A DNA stretch of 64,000 nt from Styela clava (Eukaryota), in contig NC_135256.1 of NCBI RefSeq assembly GCF_964204865.1, forward strand, positions 22,382,001 through 22,446,000, in the 5' to 3' direction. Positions 37,119 to 51,800 of the stretch are shown piece by piece (position 1 is the stretch's first letter; each line of letters begins with the position of its first letter). The position numbers and the translations under genes are program-made. Under the pieces are notes generated by a model. The model saw only the letters and a list, made by a program, of their open reading frames with translations. It did not search any database and was not told the origin of the DNA.

Positions 37119-37470
37119 CCATGTTTCCCCGAGAATAAGACTGGGTCTTATTTCAATATTCTTCCGATGAAATACACTATGGCTTATTTCCGGGGGATGT
37201 CTTATATTTTCATTTATCAAACATAAAATTATAAAGTAAAGAATTACGAGATTTTTAAATATACGAAGTATGAAAACCGATATCAATTTACATATAAATA
37301 ACACATTTTTATTCAAAATAACTGCAAAACATAGTTTATAATCTAATTGATAATTAGCAATCAGTTAAAACGTCTAGGACAGATTTCTTGCTATCGACTA
37401 GGCCAAAAAAAATTCGTGTTGTTGACTAGGTCTTATTTTCATGGTAGGTCTTTTTATCGAGGAAACACGG
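37119..37470. mobile_element. Tc1/mariner-superfamily (Tc2/pogo-like) MITE
   Basis: TA|ccatgtttccccgagaataagac ... gtctttttatcgaggaaacacgg|TA; TA TSD; internal ggtcttattt repeats. Confidence 0.85.
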
Positions 37471-40400
37471 TAGATGCGATTTGAAAATCTTGTAATATAT
37501 GCGCCAAAAGATACATAATAAATACAAAACACTGGTCAGTAATTAAATTGCATTGTTGAAATTAATATATCAATTTTTTCACGATGAGCAAGATAGGTTA
37601 CTTTAGATACGCGGAGACGCGTTGGTTTCCAATTTTCCAGAAAAAATCCAAAACGCACATTTAAAAAATACCAACGTTGTCATCAGTACACGATATATAG
37701 AGTAGTTTGGTATGACAAGGTGAAGTAAAATTTACCTACAATTGAAATCCAACGTGATTCATGAACATGGTCTATAATGACGAATATTATATACATTACC
37801 GGGGTGTGAATATTATCCTTTCATGATGAAGTAATGGACATATTATTGACCGATCACGTAATAGGTATAGTATCTAACTTTATATCTTGATAAAAAGCAA
37901 TTATGTATGGACCACGCATAGTTAAATCAAGCTGGAGAGATTGTATCTATGTGATACTATACATTTGGTTATGTGTAAATTAGGAATTAATAAGCCCCTT
38001 ATATAATCCTATGTGGATAATTCTAGATGGGTATAAACTAACAGGTTTTTCGAATGGCCTTAGTAAAAATGACAATATCGAGGGCTGCGACTCTTGCGGT
38101 TTTCCATATGTATTAGTATTTGAATATGAGATTCTTGTTTTCTAATTTTCCTTCATATTTTATCTTTTATTTGTTCACGACTTTCGTGAATACGAATATT
38201 TTAAAATAAAATTTGACTTTTTCAAATTTTTCTGCGAAAGAGTTTTGAGGAATTTTCGCCGAATGACATCAGTCGGTAATCGTACTCGTTTTGAAAGTCT
38301 AATTGAGTTCAGATCTTATATATGATAAACAGTGTTTTCCACAGTAGTGCCATAAACTATTGTTTCTGTGTTTAAACACAAAACAAATAATCAAACTTTG
38401 AAGATAATGACATGACTGATACTCTGAGAAAACAACAACTTTTTATCCATTACTCATTAAAAACATCAATTTTGTCGCTATGAAAATACCTTGTGTTTAT
38501 ATAATATGACAATATTTGTGAATGAATGTTGTATTCAAACCATATCGTATATGATTATATTCAAACACTCAAGTTTGATCATTTCTATTTTGAGATCTGA
38601 CTATTATATTCATATACCTCGTGCAATGTTTCACGCAGAACATCGTGACCAAGACGTGGGTTGAAAGCACATACAAAAAATCCCTGCATTTAAGTTACTT
38701 CATTGCTGAATTAGAGCTTCGGTTTCAATTAACGTCAGGACCAGATAGAAAACTGTAATATAAAATGAATGCTGACATTGTTTCTAAATTTCGTCATAAA
38801 TATAATCACAAAATAAAAATATGATTGAATTATAGTTGTTCTGTTATAAGATGTCAGGTATCAGTACACAAACTTGGAGTTTTTTTTATAATAATCGTCA
38901 CTCGGGGCATGACTTGTAAAAGAAAAATGTCAATCAATAGTGCTTTCAGAATTAAAATCAAAACTGACAATGCCATCTTTGATTCATTTAATCTCAAAAT
39001 CTCATAAAAGAGATTTTATCTTCAATCCCCCATGAAGGCCGACACTATTGAAACTAAATTCACATTCTTCGATTAATTATTGCTAAGCCCAACCTTGTTG
39101 AAAATGACATGCGTTAAAAATTCCAACAACAGCAAATGCGTTATCCCGTAACACAAATTAGGCATATTGGATTTAATACTATATCGTTTAAGTAGCAACA
39201 ACTGATGTCATTAGTCAGTGAGATTACTGAATTATTATGTTTGCATAATCGAAAATAATACAGAATGATCAAAGACATATGACATTTTTGATGAATACCT
39301 GGATCAACTACATCAACAAGAAGTTTGTTATGATTTATTTCTTTTGTTCAAATAACATAATTTATTAAAGTATGCCATCTTCATAATAGTATATTGCCGG
39401 AAAGTCGTGATGCCGCAAATTTCGTGCGCCTGTATATTTTCTCAGTATTTATCTATATTTTTGTCATTAATCACAATTTATGACTGTATATTTGTTTTAT
39501 TTGCCATTGTTTCTTCTATATGAGGTATTTTATTTGGTCGAATTTTCGAAAGCTAATGCAGCTGGCATTTTATGTGTGTTGTTAATGAAAAGGCAATGGT
39601 TAGTTGTAGGAAGCTGGTAATAATTTAGAGAAATTCCTTCAAAATTAACAGAACAATCATTTCACCCACATGTTGCTCCAGTTCTCAAACTGTCCCAACT
39701 TGTCAATGAAGTGATATGCACGTTAAGGGGACCCCCAAGAACTTTCGATGGATTCGCATGTCATGTAGATGTTTCAACTCGCATCAGTACTCGTTTCACT
39801 TTAATTTAGGACTTGCTTCGATCCAGCTTGTATATAGACAGACAAAGAAAATTCCACGTATTGAATGCCCCATTTTTAGTAGATATTTATTCTTTACTCG
39901 GAGCGATCACGATTCACGAATAACACTGCAATGTTGAATTGCTCATTATAAATGATGTGGTATGGGGTCAATCACAAATCATTTACTTCTAATTAATCAC
40001 CGATCCAGAGATAGCAGAGCGGTGGTGATACAAGGCCAAGCGACTCACTCCGAAACCACATGTGTAGATTTTTAAATATTATGCTTGCAATGAATTGGCT
40101 ATTTCTCGAAAATAAATAATTGTTTTGAAAATATAATCACAATGACTAGAGATTTTTTTGTTTTGATATTCGATGCACGCAAGCAAAGCTATTCCGTAGT
40201 TCTATTTTTGTAAAAAAATGATAAGGTACGTCAACACATGGTTTATGTAACCACCTCTGTGTCTATAGACCAAATGTTGATAAATCGAATAATAGTTATC
40301 CTCTAGAATAATCAAGGATTTTGAATATTTCTGTAATATTTTTAATATTACGTGGCATATAAGCCAATGTGTATAGAACCAAGCGGTCGCTCTTACATAT

Positions 40401-43400
40401 TAGTCAATTCATGCTACGGAAATCTTATGACCAATGTCGAGTGTGGTGACTTATTTTTTCCAGAAACGTTAATATAAGTTAATTTCTCAAAAAAAACACA
40501 ATATTCAAATCCTGGATAAAGAAAACAGGGCGCATGTTCTCTAAACGACATAAGTACTTCTATTTGGCGTGGCACAACCATTTTTGCATATGGCATTCCT
40601 AACCCCCACATTACTCCGTCATCCAACGAATAGGATTCTATATCATAATATTCGATAAAAGTCGGCTATATTACAATAATCTACTGAATATCGCGACCAC
40701 CATGATTAAGAAAACTATGATTAAAAAAGGGGAATTATCTAGAACTTTCGCGTTGATCACACACCACTGAATCTTACTTGAATAAAAAATACGATAGCGT
40801 AATAGTCACGTCTTTTCAAAATAGGAATCTGACGCAGAGGTAGGCAGAACAGAGCATGTGTGTCTATACATTCCAACAGAGTTATTATTTTATTCAATTA
40901 CAACATCATACGTCAATGATTCTACTTTCCGAGCGAAGGAAGGCAACTGGTACGATATCGATACATAACATCGGAATCCTAAACATTCCAGATATCAGCC
41001 TTTAGATGGAGAAAATCTTCAGACCGAATTTGAATTTTGTTTTAAGGAGTAATATACGTAATCAAGAAGTGAAACAGGATTGCCCAACTGGTATTTACCC
41101 ACTTTTCTTTTACGTCATAGAACAAACTATTTCCCTGACGAGAAACTTGCAACTGTAAGTGGAATTATTAAGGAAAATCTCAAATAATTCTAATCCCTTA
41201 GGGATTCCGGTATTTCTTTTTCAATTCGTAGCGAGTATAATTTTCACACGTTAAATTTGACTTCTTTGAGCAAGAATGAAACATTATTATGTTATTTATT
41301 ATATTTTATGTATCTGATTTTGTGTAAAAGGATAATTTATTGAATTTGGTGGTCTTCCTGTTAATTCAGTATATCATTGCATGGGTTTAAGCATCTCCAA
41401 AACATTAAATTTTAAAATACGTACACTTACGTATATTCTGAAATAGGTACAGCTGACGTATGTCGTGTTGCTATTATTTTTTGTTATGTAGAAGGGAGGT
41501 GCGCTGTTCGTTGCTATCATCATACATACAGAACGTTTTTACTATAGTCACAGCTGCAACTATATTCATCCACTGGATGGCAGTTTTGAAACGGTAATGC
41601 TAGTTTTGTTTTTGCACCAATCACCTAATCATAAAGGCATATCATAGCATCATAACTTCTGTCTCAAGAAATGTGATTACTTTCTTACGGAAACACTTAT
41701 ACAATGATGGGTACATTTATATTATTTATTCGCAGTTCTGATTCCTAAAAGAGTTCTAACTAATCTCAAAGGTAACCGCGCTTTTGTGATTGGGGAATGG
41801 GAAAGTGCTTCAATACCTCTCATCGTAACACCGAAAATACAGTAACAGGAATTGCCATCATTTGGAAGTTCAGCCTCAATTTATCAAAATTAATCAAGTA
41901 TGATTTCGTTCGTGTTTTTATTGGAGGGGCGCGTGCCTTGTGTCATTTAAAAGGTATTTACGGATAGTTGAGGATAATATTAGTAACATCGGTGACATCT
42001 TAATAGGTTAGAGATAAGGGTTGATTGATGGAAATTGTAAAGTGAAAATTGACTTATTGTTGTCACGCAACTAAAGGAAATTTTTTAAAACGAATCCCAC
42101 ATTTCAGGCATATTTCCTAGAATACGGGAAATTTTCCATCCGCATAGCGATACCAATTTTATCGCATACTGATATCAACTGAGATCGCCGATACAAATAT
42201 TGCAATACTTGAAACAAGCCCCACAATGCCGATATTTTGATGGAGTATGGTGTAATCTTAATTAAGGCTTTTAACCTAATCTAAAAAAAAAACGCCTAAA
42301 ATGTTTTTCATAAGATTTGATTTGTACTTGCTAGAAATTTTACGAAGTACTTGGCGTTCTCTCACGTGCTTTTAACTGTTTTGCGGTAAGCATCATCTTT
42401 ATGGAACTGAGGTCAATTTTGAAGTTTTATTCCGGCAAACCACATATTTACATATTCCAGAGGTTGATTTATTTTACTGACGATTAAGATAGTTTCACAG
42501 CTCAATACCCCAAGTATATATATCATTATCTAAATCTGATATTGTGCATCTATATATCAATGGCATTTGTTCGGCGATTATGATGTACATGTATCCAACT
42601 TTGTTTGAATATTATTCTTAACTTTTTCACTTTCATTAATGAAATGATATCCTAATAGCACGCGATATAACAATATTGTGAAAATTGTCTGAAATCTTAT
42701 ATTTGTGATCTCAATTTAAACCCGAATTACATACCAATGTCATATCATATTCGGGCTGTAAAGTGATTGCCAGGGCGTAACTGCAGTCGCATTTGCTCTG
42801 GCGCGAACTTGAAACAAATTCCATGTTGCAATTGCATTTTTGTATAATGACATTAGAAGTTCACAAGGCCAACAGTATTATGTTATCTATAATGCAGGGT
42901 GGATAATCTGATCACTGCAACTACTCAGATTGATATCCCGTGGACGCATTGCGAAGCAGACGGAACGAACCAGCTTTTTAAACTAGCAATATATAAGATA
43001 ATGTAATGCGGAATTATGTAGGCCTCAGGAAAACTATCCATTATTGTCTCCACTCCCCGCAATTTGATATACTTTCTGTAAACATGTACCTTGATTCCTA
43101 ATTATCTTGTCGCATGATCAAAAGTAATTTTGATCTGGAATGTCATGTTATGCTAATTTAATGTTAGCAGACACGTGGCGATAAGGTATAACAACTTATA
43201 AATTGCATTGTGCGGAGGCCGATTGACGCACAAAGTCACGCGCGGTCACGCAAAGAGTTTGAACCGGCATATTTTAGTTAAACCGTTATTATAGTAAATT
43301 GAAAAGTTTGGCGTTGATTCTGTATTCAAGTATAACCATGGTAACGAAAAAAGTAGTTTCATTTGTCGAACAATGGCCGTTTTTGGTTGTTTCAATTTTT

Positions 43401-44510
43401 TCTTATAGATGGCGAATGATAACATTTGCAAATTGCATGTTACCTCGCTCAAGAATGACAATTACTCCGGTTCAAATTCACCTTTATGGTAGAAAATGTA
43501 AACACTGTACAGTAGATCATTATCTGGTTGCTAACTTGCCAGAATTTAATGTCCCACGCTAATGTCCAATAGGTAATAATTTTATCTGAGAATATTAATT
43601 TGTCAATCATGGTTCAGGGATTACCAATGCACAACTTATCCGTGCTCCATATTGGGAAAATTATTATTTACATTATTAGATAATCGCGCGACACTACGAG
43701 CCTATATGATAACATCCCCAACTATTTCGGCAATTCAATGCGCAATGTACATATAATTATGTAAAATATCATTTTTGTATCATGAATATCATTCCGAATT
43801 ATATGTGACATTCTCTTATTAAATTTTTATATAGTCATGTGGTTACTTTAGGGTAAATTCTCAACGAATCGTAATTGGCCATATATAGTCAAAAATTCAC
43901 TATATAAAATCACATGACGCTATTGCTTTTGTGTAATATGCAATAATGATTTTAAACGCATTTGAGAAAATTCCTACGACATACCCTACGTGCGGCAAAT
44001 GACTTAGTGAATAAATTTAGTGTTTATTTACATATATATTTCTCATAGTGGTGACGTAACAAAAATCCAGAGTTTTATTATCCTTACTAATTTTTTGATG
44101 CGCATTATTTGAGAGCATTTAATATTGGTACGTGATGATGCCATCAGGTAATGAACCGCAAGTCAAATAACCACCTGCTACAGAATTTTTGTCTTCATTT
44201 TATTGCCTACAAAATTTCAGAATTCAATCCATAGAAAATATCACCTTACTGGGTTCAAGATAATTTAGGCTACCTCTGGATTCCAACAGTTCCACGGAGT
44301 TATTATGTGAGATGTGAAGCTTTTGATAGTTTGAACTCGTTCGAACGCTAAACATGAACCATATAAGCATGACAAAAACGAGTCGATATTGAATTAGTGG
44401 TTTTGGTTTTGTTGTTGTTGTTGAATCGAGTAGAATACATTACAAGAATACTTTCATTGGATACTGTATGAAAGGCCTATGAATTTAGGCGAACAATATT
44501 ATTTTTTTTG

Positions 44511-44620
44511 GGACCTCCTGAAGTATTCGCACCAAGAGGGCTTACAACCTGAACTCAGGTTGTGTACCAGGTTAGGGTTCAGGTTATGCGACATCTTGGT
44601 GCGCATACTTCAGGAGTACC
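44511..44620. mobile_element. Short copy of the foldback MITE family
   Basis: ggacctcctgaagtattcgcaccaaga / tcttggtgcgcatacttcaggagtacc; sits in a T-run. Confidence 0.8.
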
Positions 44621-44718
44621 TTTTTTGTTTTGTGTTGGAAATGGTAGAACAAGTGATTATTTTCAGTAGATTTGATGCGTATGTTTGATATGACACGATT
44701 CAAAAACAAACTAAATGT

Positions 44719-44917
44719 GCGTTCCAGAAGTATGTGTATCAATATGGAGTTTTGGCAACTAATGGCAATGGCAACTAATTTTGTTGCCTACTTCACATCA
44801 AGTTGTGTAAAGAGACTGAAACCTATGGGTAGGGTGTATATTCACTTGGCAAATAGTCCCCAAACTCGTAATAGAAAATCGGAATAAAATTATGCCCAAA
44901 CATACTACGTGAGTACC
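44719..44917. mobile_element. Degenerate copy of the foldback MITE family
   Basis: Shares termini (gaagtatgtgta..., catactacgtgagtacc) and internal sequence (acatcaagttgtgt...ctgaaacc...aactcgtaat) with 60113-60299. Confidence 0.7.
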
Positions 44918-47900
44918 ACTAAATGTACAGAACTGAACTGAATCTAGCTGTCTGCTGTAATGAACAAACATTGAAAATGGTAGCAAAGTATAAGCTATAA
45001 GGTTTGTCAATAATATATCACTTTTTTCTAGACATAGAAAGTTTTAATATGATTGTTCTAAAATTACCAAGTCCTATTTTTCGTAGATTCATTAGTACTT
45101 TCTATACAGCGTTAAATAAAGTTATTAAGATATATCGCCATTTCTCTTTATTTTTAACTTAACAAACATTTTTATCCATTCGAGGCTATAGCGTAAGTGC
45201 GCACGCTTTACGCCAGAAAAAAAAAGAACGTTACAACCGCAGCTTACATATCTTGATAAACATCTTCTAAATTAGCCTCTTATTTGGCAGCCACTTAGAC
45301 ATTGTTTTTTAGAACAACAAAACAAATATATAAAATAAGTCACTATTATGCTATATGACTTGGAAATGCTGTGCAATAACTAAAATTACAATTTACTTGT
45401 TCATTTTACATAATACCAATTTAGTGTTACATAATATAGGTTTGAAATCTTCTATTTCATCCAAAGTATCTGGATGACAGAATATTTCGGTTGAAGAGTA
45501 CGAAATAAAACACTCACAAATTTGCTTGTGCTTCTCACATGAGGTCAAAAGTAAAGAAATATCAAATTTTAACCTCTACCTCTCACAATTCAAGAACGCA
45601 GGAAAAAGAAAATATTTATCAGCTAAAAATTTAAAATTGCAAATAGCAAACAAGCTACAAACTTTACCTTTCAATGATGTTGACTCGATTTGTTATTATG
45701 TTAAGTCATTGTTTGGATCAACACGGATTTCAAAACAAGTTCAACCAACAACCATAAAAACTTGACGACAATCCACCGTATTTTAATACTTTGCTCGGAA
45801 CTGATGTGCTTGAGATGTCAGATGACGTCATAGATACAAGTAAATTCACTCTTATGTTGTATTGCAGCCGTGGTCATACATAACATATTAGTGTACTTAT
45901 ATATAACTTCAATAAGCACAAGTACGTCATATTTACGATATTTGAATTATCAATCAGCTAGTTGCCGTGAATGTATGGATTCATCTGACAGCACCAAAAT
46001 ATTAAACTTTGAACTTATATACGAGATTAAGCTGACAGCACATTTTCCATTGTATTGGAAAGTATCAACAATCAACAATCAGACCTATTAATGTGACAGA
46101 AAATTGTTTTTATTTTCAACATGCCATCATTATTAAACCCCTCTTTTTTGTACACGGCGTGTAATAAATCACCACAAGAGGTCATCGATGACGTAAGCAA
46201 AGTGCTATAGGGGTAACTCCGCCGGTATGGGTCGTATTTTCCTAATTGTAGAAAACAATAAAAATACGACTGCCCTCATACTTGAAAACAACATCAATGC
46301 TTTCGAGATGAGACATATGAAAACAAGAAGCTGTGTTTTTACCCACAAAATTGCATGCCATCTTCAGGACACAAAGAGGTCTTTCTATATGTGCAAAACC
46401 AGAGGCAATAAGCTGGTTCAATCAAAAACATTCTTGGTGTAATACGGTTCAATCGCATACTATAATATATATATGACGTAATCATCAACCAAAATATGGA
46501 TCTCGTCATAGTCGTGAAGGAACGTTTGCAATTACAGGTTATGAGCGGAAGCTGTTATATGATGATCTTGCACGCTCCGATTGTCATGTATATGTTAATA
46601 TTATTGAACCTGAAAAACACATTACCATGATAAAACAAGCTTGGAAATAAAATATTTCTCGATATCATACGCAATTTTCGTGGTCGGTTTCCTTGTTTAA
46701 TTCATAAAAATCAGATTATGACTTGGATACTGAAAACTGATTCTCAATTTATCTATCTGCGAGAATTCATTTAAATATCACATCTCAGCAAAATTTCATC
46801 GCAGGCTATTTGACGTAATTGGATCATTAAGCTGAAATGGAAGTGCTTTCGGGTGATTTGATGAAAACATTGAAGTGAGTTATCACTTGATACCTTCCTC
46901 TCCACTTTCGTACATCCGGTAGGAAAACAGGTGCACAAATGTGCTGAAAATGGTGTTTCTGTCATTGAGAAAAACATTTGGGTTATCGATAAATATGTGA
47001 TCACCAATTTCTTAGGGCAAAAATTCTGAAAAAATATGTAATGAATGATTCTTCCAATGCAATATTCCGTGTTTTTCTGTATTCGCGAATTAAATATTAT
47101 CTGAATTGTTTTGAATTTATGTTAGGTTAATGTTGAATATTTGATTTTTTTTTTATTTAAACTTGTCATGTCAATGGCAAAAACTATTTCAGTTAAAATA
47201 ACTGAAAATAGTCATTTCGATATTTTCCTACAAAATATTTTATTGTGAACATGTTGAGAATCTCGTATTTTTGTTTTGATTATTTCTACATCTTTTTAAT
47301 GAACAATTTATGGTCGGGTCAAATTTGTATAGAAAAATGACGAAGAAAACAACTCTAAAACTGTGACTAAAGTATAGATGCAGTAATTCGCCAAAGCATG
47401 ATATTGTTCAAAAATATTATGACGTATGACGTTGTATTCAAATTTTACCTAGTGGTGTAGACTTTCTGTCTCCCTCCTGCCAACCTTGTCATCCTGATGA
47501 CGTCACAAACAAGAAAGACAGTGTGACCACAAACGCTTGGTGTATCGCGATTTGTAAACTGATTTTTATTGTGTAAAATTGTGTTTTCATTAATATTATG
47601 ACAGGTGATCAATCATTTTACTCAAATCTGCGTTTGGATCTGAAATTTGCAAAGAGCAAGAATTCAATATAACAAACTCATTACAGGTCAAGGCATTGTC
47701 TCCACTCTACCTTATATCAAAGTATTAACTGATCAAAGAAATAATTGTGGTCTACAGCTTGACTTCCATAAAAAAGAAAAAATTTTGAATGCTTTGTAAT
47801 GTTTCAGCAATTTGCATAATATAGTAATGTCCCACTGATCGCAGTTTGGATAAAAATAAATCGCCACAAAACACGTAAGTTGCAAATCGTGTTTTTAGAA

Positions 47901-48759
47901 TCTCGGCAATACTGGGAATTGAACAATGCAATTAAACAATTAGATTCAATGAGAATTTTACACAAATATGATGCTATTTAAATATTAGAACATCCAACAA
48001 TACGACAAAATTTGAAATTATCAATATATTTTCCGCTTTTATAACGACGTGTCGTATATTAATTTTTTAGGAGGGTCAAGCAAGATTCGCACATTGTTCT
48101 TAAAACATTTGAGTCAAAAATTTTGTATTCCGTAATATCGGACTAACTGGATAATTTGTATGTAATTGATCATTTTTTTGTGAAAACGAAGAGCTTGTTG
48201 TGAAGACATGTTTACGGCAATAATGAAAATTGTTGTTTTGTCGTTATTTTTCAATTCGAATACATTTAGGGTTTGTCATTTTGGGTCGCCAATGATATTT
48301 ATAGGGTTGGGAGAGTGCTTTTTTTCTTTCGAGCAATTAGTACTATGAGATGTGTTTTTACACTAGTTTTTGTCAAAGATCGTATCACACGGGAGGAATA
48401 TCACGTTTAGTGGTAGCTGTGTGTAAATTTTGTCAAATCCCCATCATGATGGCGGAAGATAAAAGTTTCAAACAACGTTCGTCAACATTTCCAAGTAGTG
48501 AAACCATGTAGAATTGATTTTTCCAGCAAACTAGCTTTTGTCAGCCGTTTCAATATTGTTTTTATTATATCTGATTAGAAAAAACTAATCACGAAGGATG
48601 ATGGGCCTGTGTAAAATTTAGCAAAACATCAAAATGGTCAATTAATAAAACGGCACGCAGTTTAAGAAAAATACGTACCAGAACCTATACTGATCAAAAC
48701 ACCAATTATTTTACGTCGTTGAAATTCGTGTCATTCGTATCGTATTGAACATCCGATAG

Positions 48760-48832
48760 TATATCTTTTTACATCTTTGTAACCCGGGCCAGATTTATAT
48801 CTTTTTACATCTTTGTAACCCGGGCCAGATTT
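48760..48832. repeat. Perfect 36-bp tandem duplication
   Basis: atatctttttacatctttgtaacccgggccagattt x2. Confidence 0.92.
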
Positions 48833-51800
48833 TGAAGGTCGAACTTGGAGTTGAGTTCGAGATAAAAAAAAGACCATCTTCCAAACAATTGGTACAATAT
48901 CGTATGATGCCAGCAAACAATTGAAAAACAACTGCAGTTTCTCTCTACTTCTTACTGCGGATTCGTATGCGTCCTTTGCCACATGGATGCTTCAATGACA
49001 TAAATATTGAAAAGATGAATAAGAAAAACATATTGCCTGTAAAGTGTGGTCGCAGTGTCTTCACCAAAAGGTTTAGTACGTTGATGAAAAAATTCTGTAT
49101 GTTAAAGACCGAAACCTATCATTTATATAAGTGTTACTTATAAGATGTTCACATATCTAAGAAACAGTTTTTTATTGAATTGGTTACACTGCTGAAAACT
49201 GATAGTATTCCTAAAACGGGAATTTACATTTAGTTAGCTTTTAGCGGCAGTCACAAGAAGCTATGTCGTATTTTCATTTGATGAAACTATTACATTCTCT
49301 CAAAGTGGTCAGTTTGTGTCATTCAAATATGCTGGAAGGTGAATAAAAATTATAATTTGTTGTAATAATGCACCTCGCTCAAATCATCACTGTAACAATA
49401 ACATTTTTGCAAGCAGCGTGGCTCATTTTTTGCCACAGTGGCGCCAATATTCGTATCGGAATTTTGATAGATTCACACATAAGGCATTGCATAAAACAGA
49501 TTTGAATCACATTTAAACAAGCGATACACATTGATATATCAGATGTGGCAAAAAGAAAAGCATGTTGCTTATATTCCTCCCCGTTGCGGCATGGAATTCT
49601 ACTTCAAAATACCTAACGCATGAACAAATACTTGGAAAATTAATTTACATAACTTTTGGCTCTTTAAAAATTGCCGATAATTGAAGCCTGCTGCCTCCTG
49701 TCAATCCAACATAAATCTGCTCAATAAATCATGGTTTCTGGAATAGTCAATCAAAGTTCTAATTTTGGGGAGATAAAAATAGTTCATTCAACGAAAGACG
49801 AGATTATGCTGTTTTGAAGTTTTTGTGGCCTGAATAATTAGAAACTTCAACAAAAATCTGAAGGAAAGTATTTATTTAAAAAATTTGCGGAATATTTTGA
49901 AAAATGAATTCATTTATTCTAACGAACGCGGATGCTTTCATCTTCAAAACAGACACACATTGGCTTGTTCATCAAGGCTCGTTGAATATCTAGAAATTGT
50001 TTTCAATCATTTTGAGTGCTATAACATCTATATAAAAGTAAATTGTGATGATTGCGATTTTAATTTTGATCATTTAAATTTCAAAAAAGTAGTATAAATC
50101 AATATGAATTAAAATAGATGTTTGTATCATTTTTATCAAAGAGTATCATTGCAATTTCATTTCAAAATATATTTGCAACAATTCCATTTTGTTACCGACG
50201 CCGTGTAAACAATATTTACCTAAATTGCGTTATTTTATATAACAAATGCTTGCAAGTGCCAGCCTATCGCACTTGCGCTCTTTGACGCAAGAACGTAGAA
50301 ACCTCAGAACAAAGAGCGTCAGTTTGCGTGACGTCTCAGTCGGCCTCGCCCGCAAATAAGTTGTTTTGATCGTCTGCTTACGCACTGCTGCAAGTATTTT
50401 ATCACCAGTTTACTTTTTGAAGTGAATAAATTGATTCTTCTGGAACCTACCATTAGCGTAATCATTAAATTATTTGTGTAAATTAGAATTCAAATATAAT
50501 AGAAAATACAGAATAAGACCAATTTTATCGTGGAGACATAACACAATTGGTATCCTGTATATCCGTTTTCGTCGAACCACGATCGAGCAAATACTCCTCA
50601 TATTTTTGTTGGTATGTACAAATATTATTATTACGAATTGTGCAATATTAGACTAACCTATAACCCTAAGGTTACGTTTTATTCCACGATACAAATCTCA
50701 ACCAGAACGTTAGAAATAAATGTCAAATATAATAATCGGGTACGCTAATTGAAACGTTTCGTAGTTTACTCGCCAAAGTAATAATTTCATTAAAGACGTT
50801 AATGCGATTTTCAACCAAACTAGCAATTATGGTGGCTTAGAGTCAAAAGAAATACAAAAGAAAAATTATATTTTTGAACCCGAACGGGGTTATAATGCGC
50901 ACAGAAAGCGTATTTCCAGAAAAATATTCCGAGAAACGGTGAAACTACTGTGTGAAATTGGAACGTACAAAGTAACACCAGCAAATAGTTTTTATAGGGT
51001 TGGGATAACACGAGGGCATTTTGACATGAACCAAAACGGTATACCGTCAAGGTACACAATGAAATTCGCATGCCATCACATCAAGCGTAACTAAGTAACC
51101 ATTTGAGATATTAATCCTTGGCCACTGCTGAGAAAACTTCATTAATCTATCATCACATGTGGTTTCATATCAAAAACTGTTTTTATTCCGCTGAAGTTGC
51201 TGTCGCCATGCTACTTCATTTATATGGCGTTATTTCTTAGGATGAATAGAATTAAAGCTTCATGTAGACGAATAAAATGATCCCTGAAAATAAGTGACGT
51301 AATTTGTGGTTGCTACTGGTAACGTAATGTCTATTGTCGGAAACAATCATCAGAGATTAAGAGTAGAATCTCAGACAAGATTAATCATCATAGGTCAGAA
51401 AAAATGCGGTTTCACGCCTATTTACGATGACTTTCGATCAAAATGAAAAAAAAAGGAAAAATTTTAGGTTTTTGGAATGAATAATTAAAAAGGAGTTGAA
51501 TTTTTCATCGTAGATGTCGCCATACTTCTGTACAAACTATTGCACTTTTGAACTACTTTCGAAACGCTGCAATTAAGAGGCTCAAGTTTCCGAGTAATGT
51601 CTGTGGATCAATTATTTATCGTTAACCTTTGCGGTAAAATAAGACGACATATCACAATTCATCTAAACTCAGATATTTAGGCGGGTAAAAACAGAAAAAT
51701 TTACAAACGACCCAAATAAATAGTTTGTAGTTCGTGCCACTGTGCTACCAACACGGATCATTCCTAACTCTAAAGTTGTTCATCGAAACTCAAGTTTTAC

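Noticed and set aside
40010-40080. A-box TAGCAGAGCGG suggesting a tRNA or SINE
   Set aside because: No intact B-box and no second copy seen.
48760-48832. 36-bp direct repeat as a CRISPR array
   Set aside because: Two adjacent units with no spacer, in a eukaryotic context with no cas genes.
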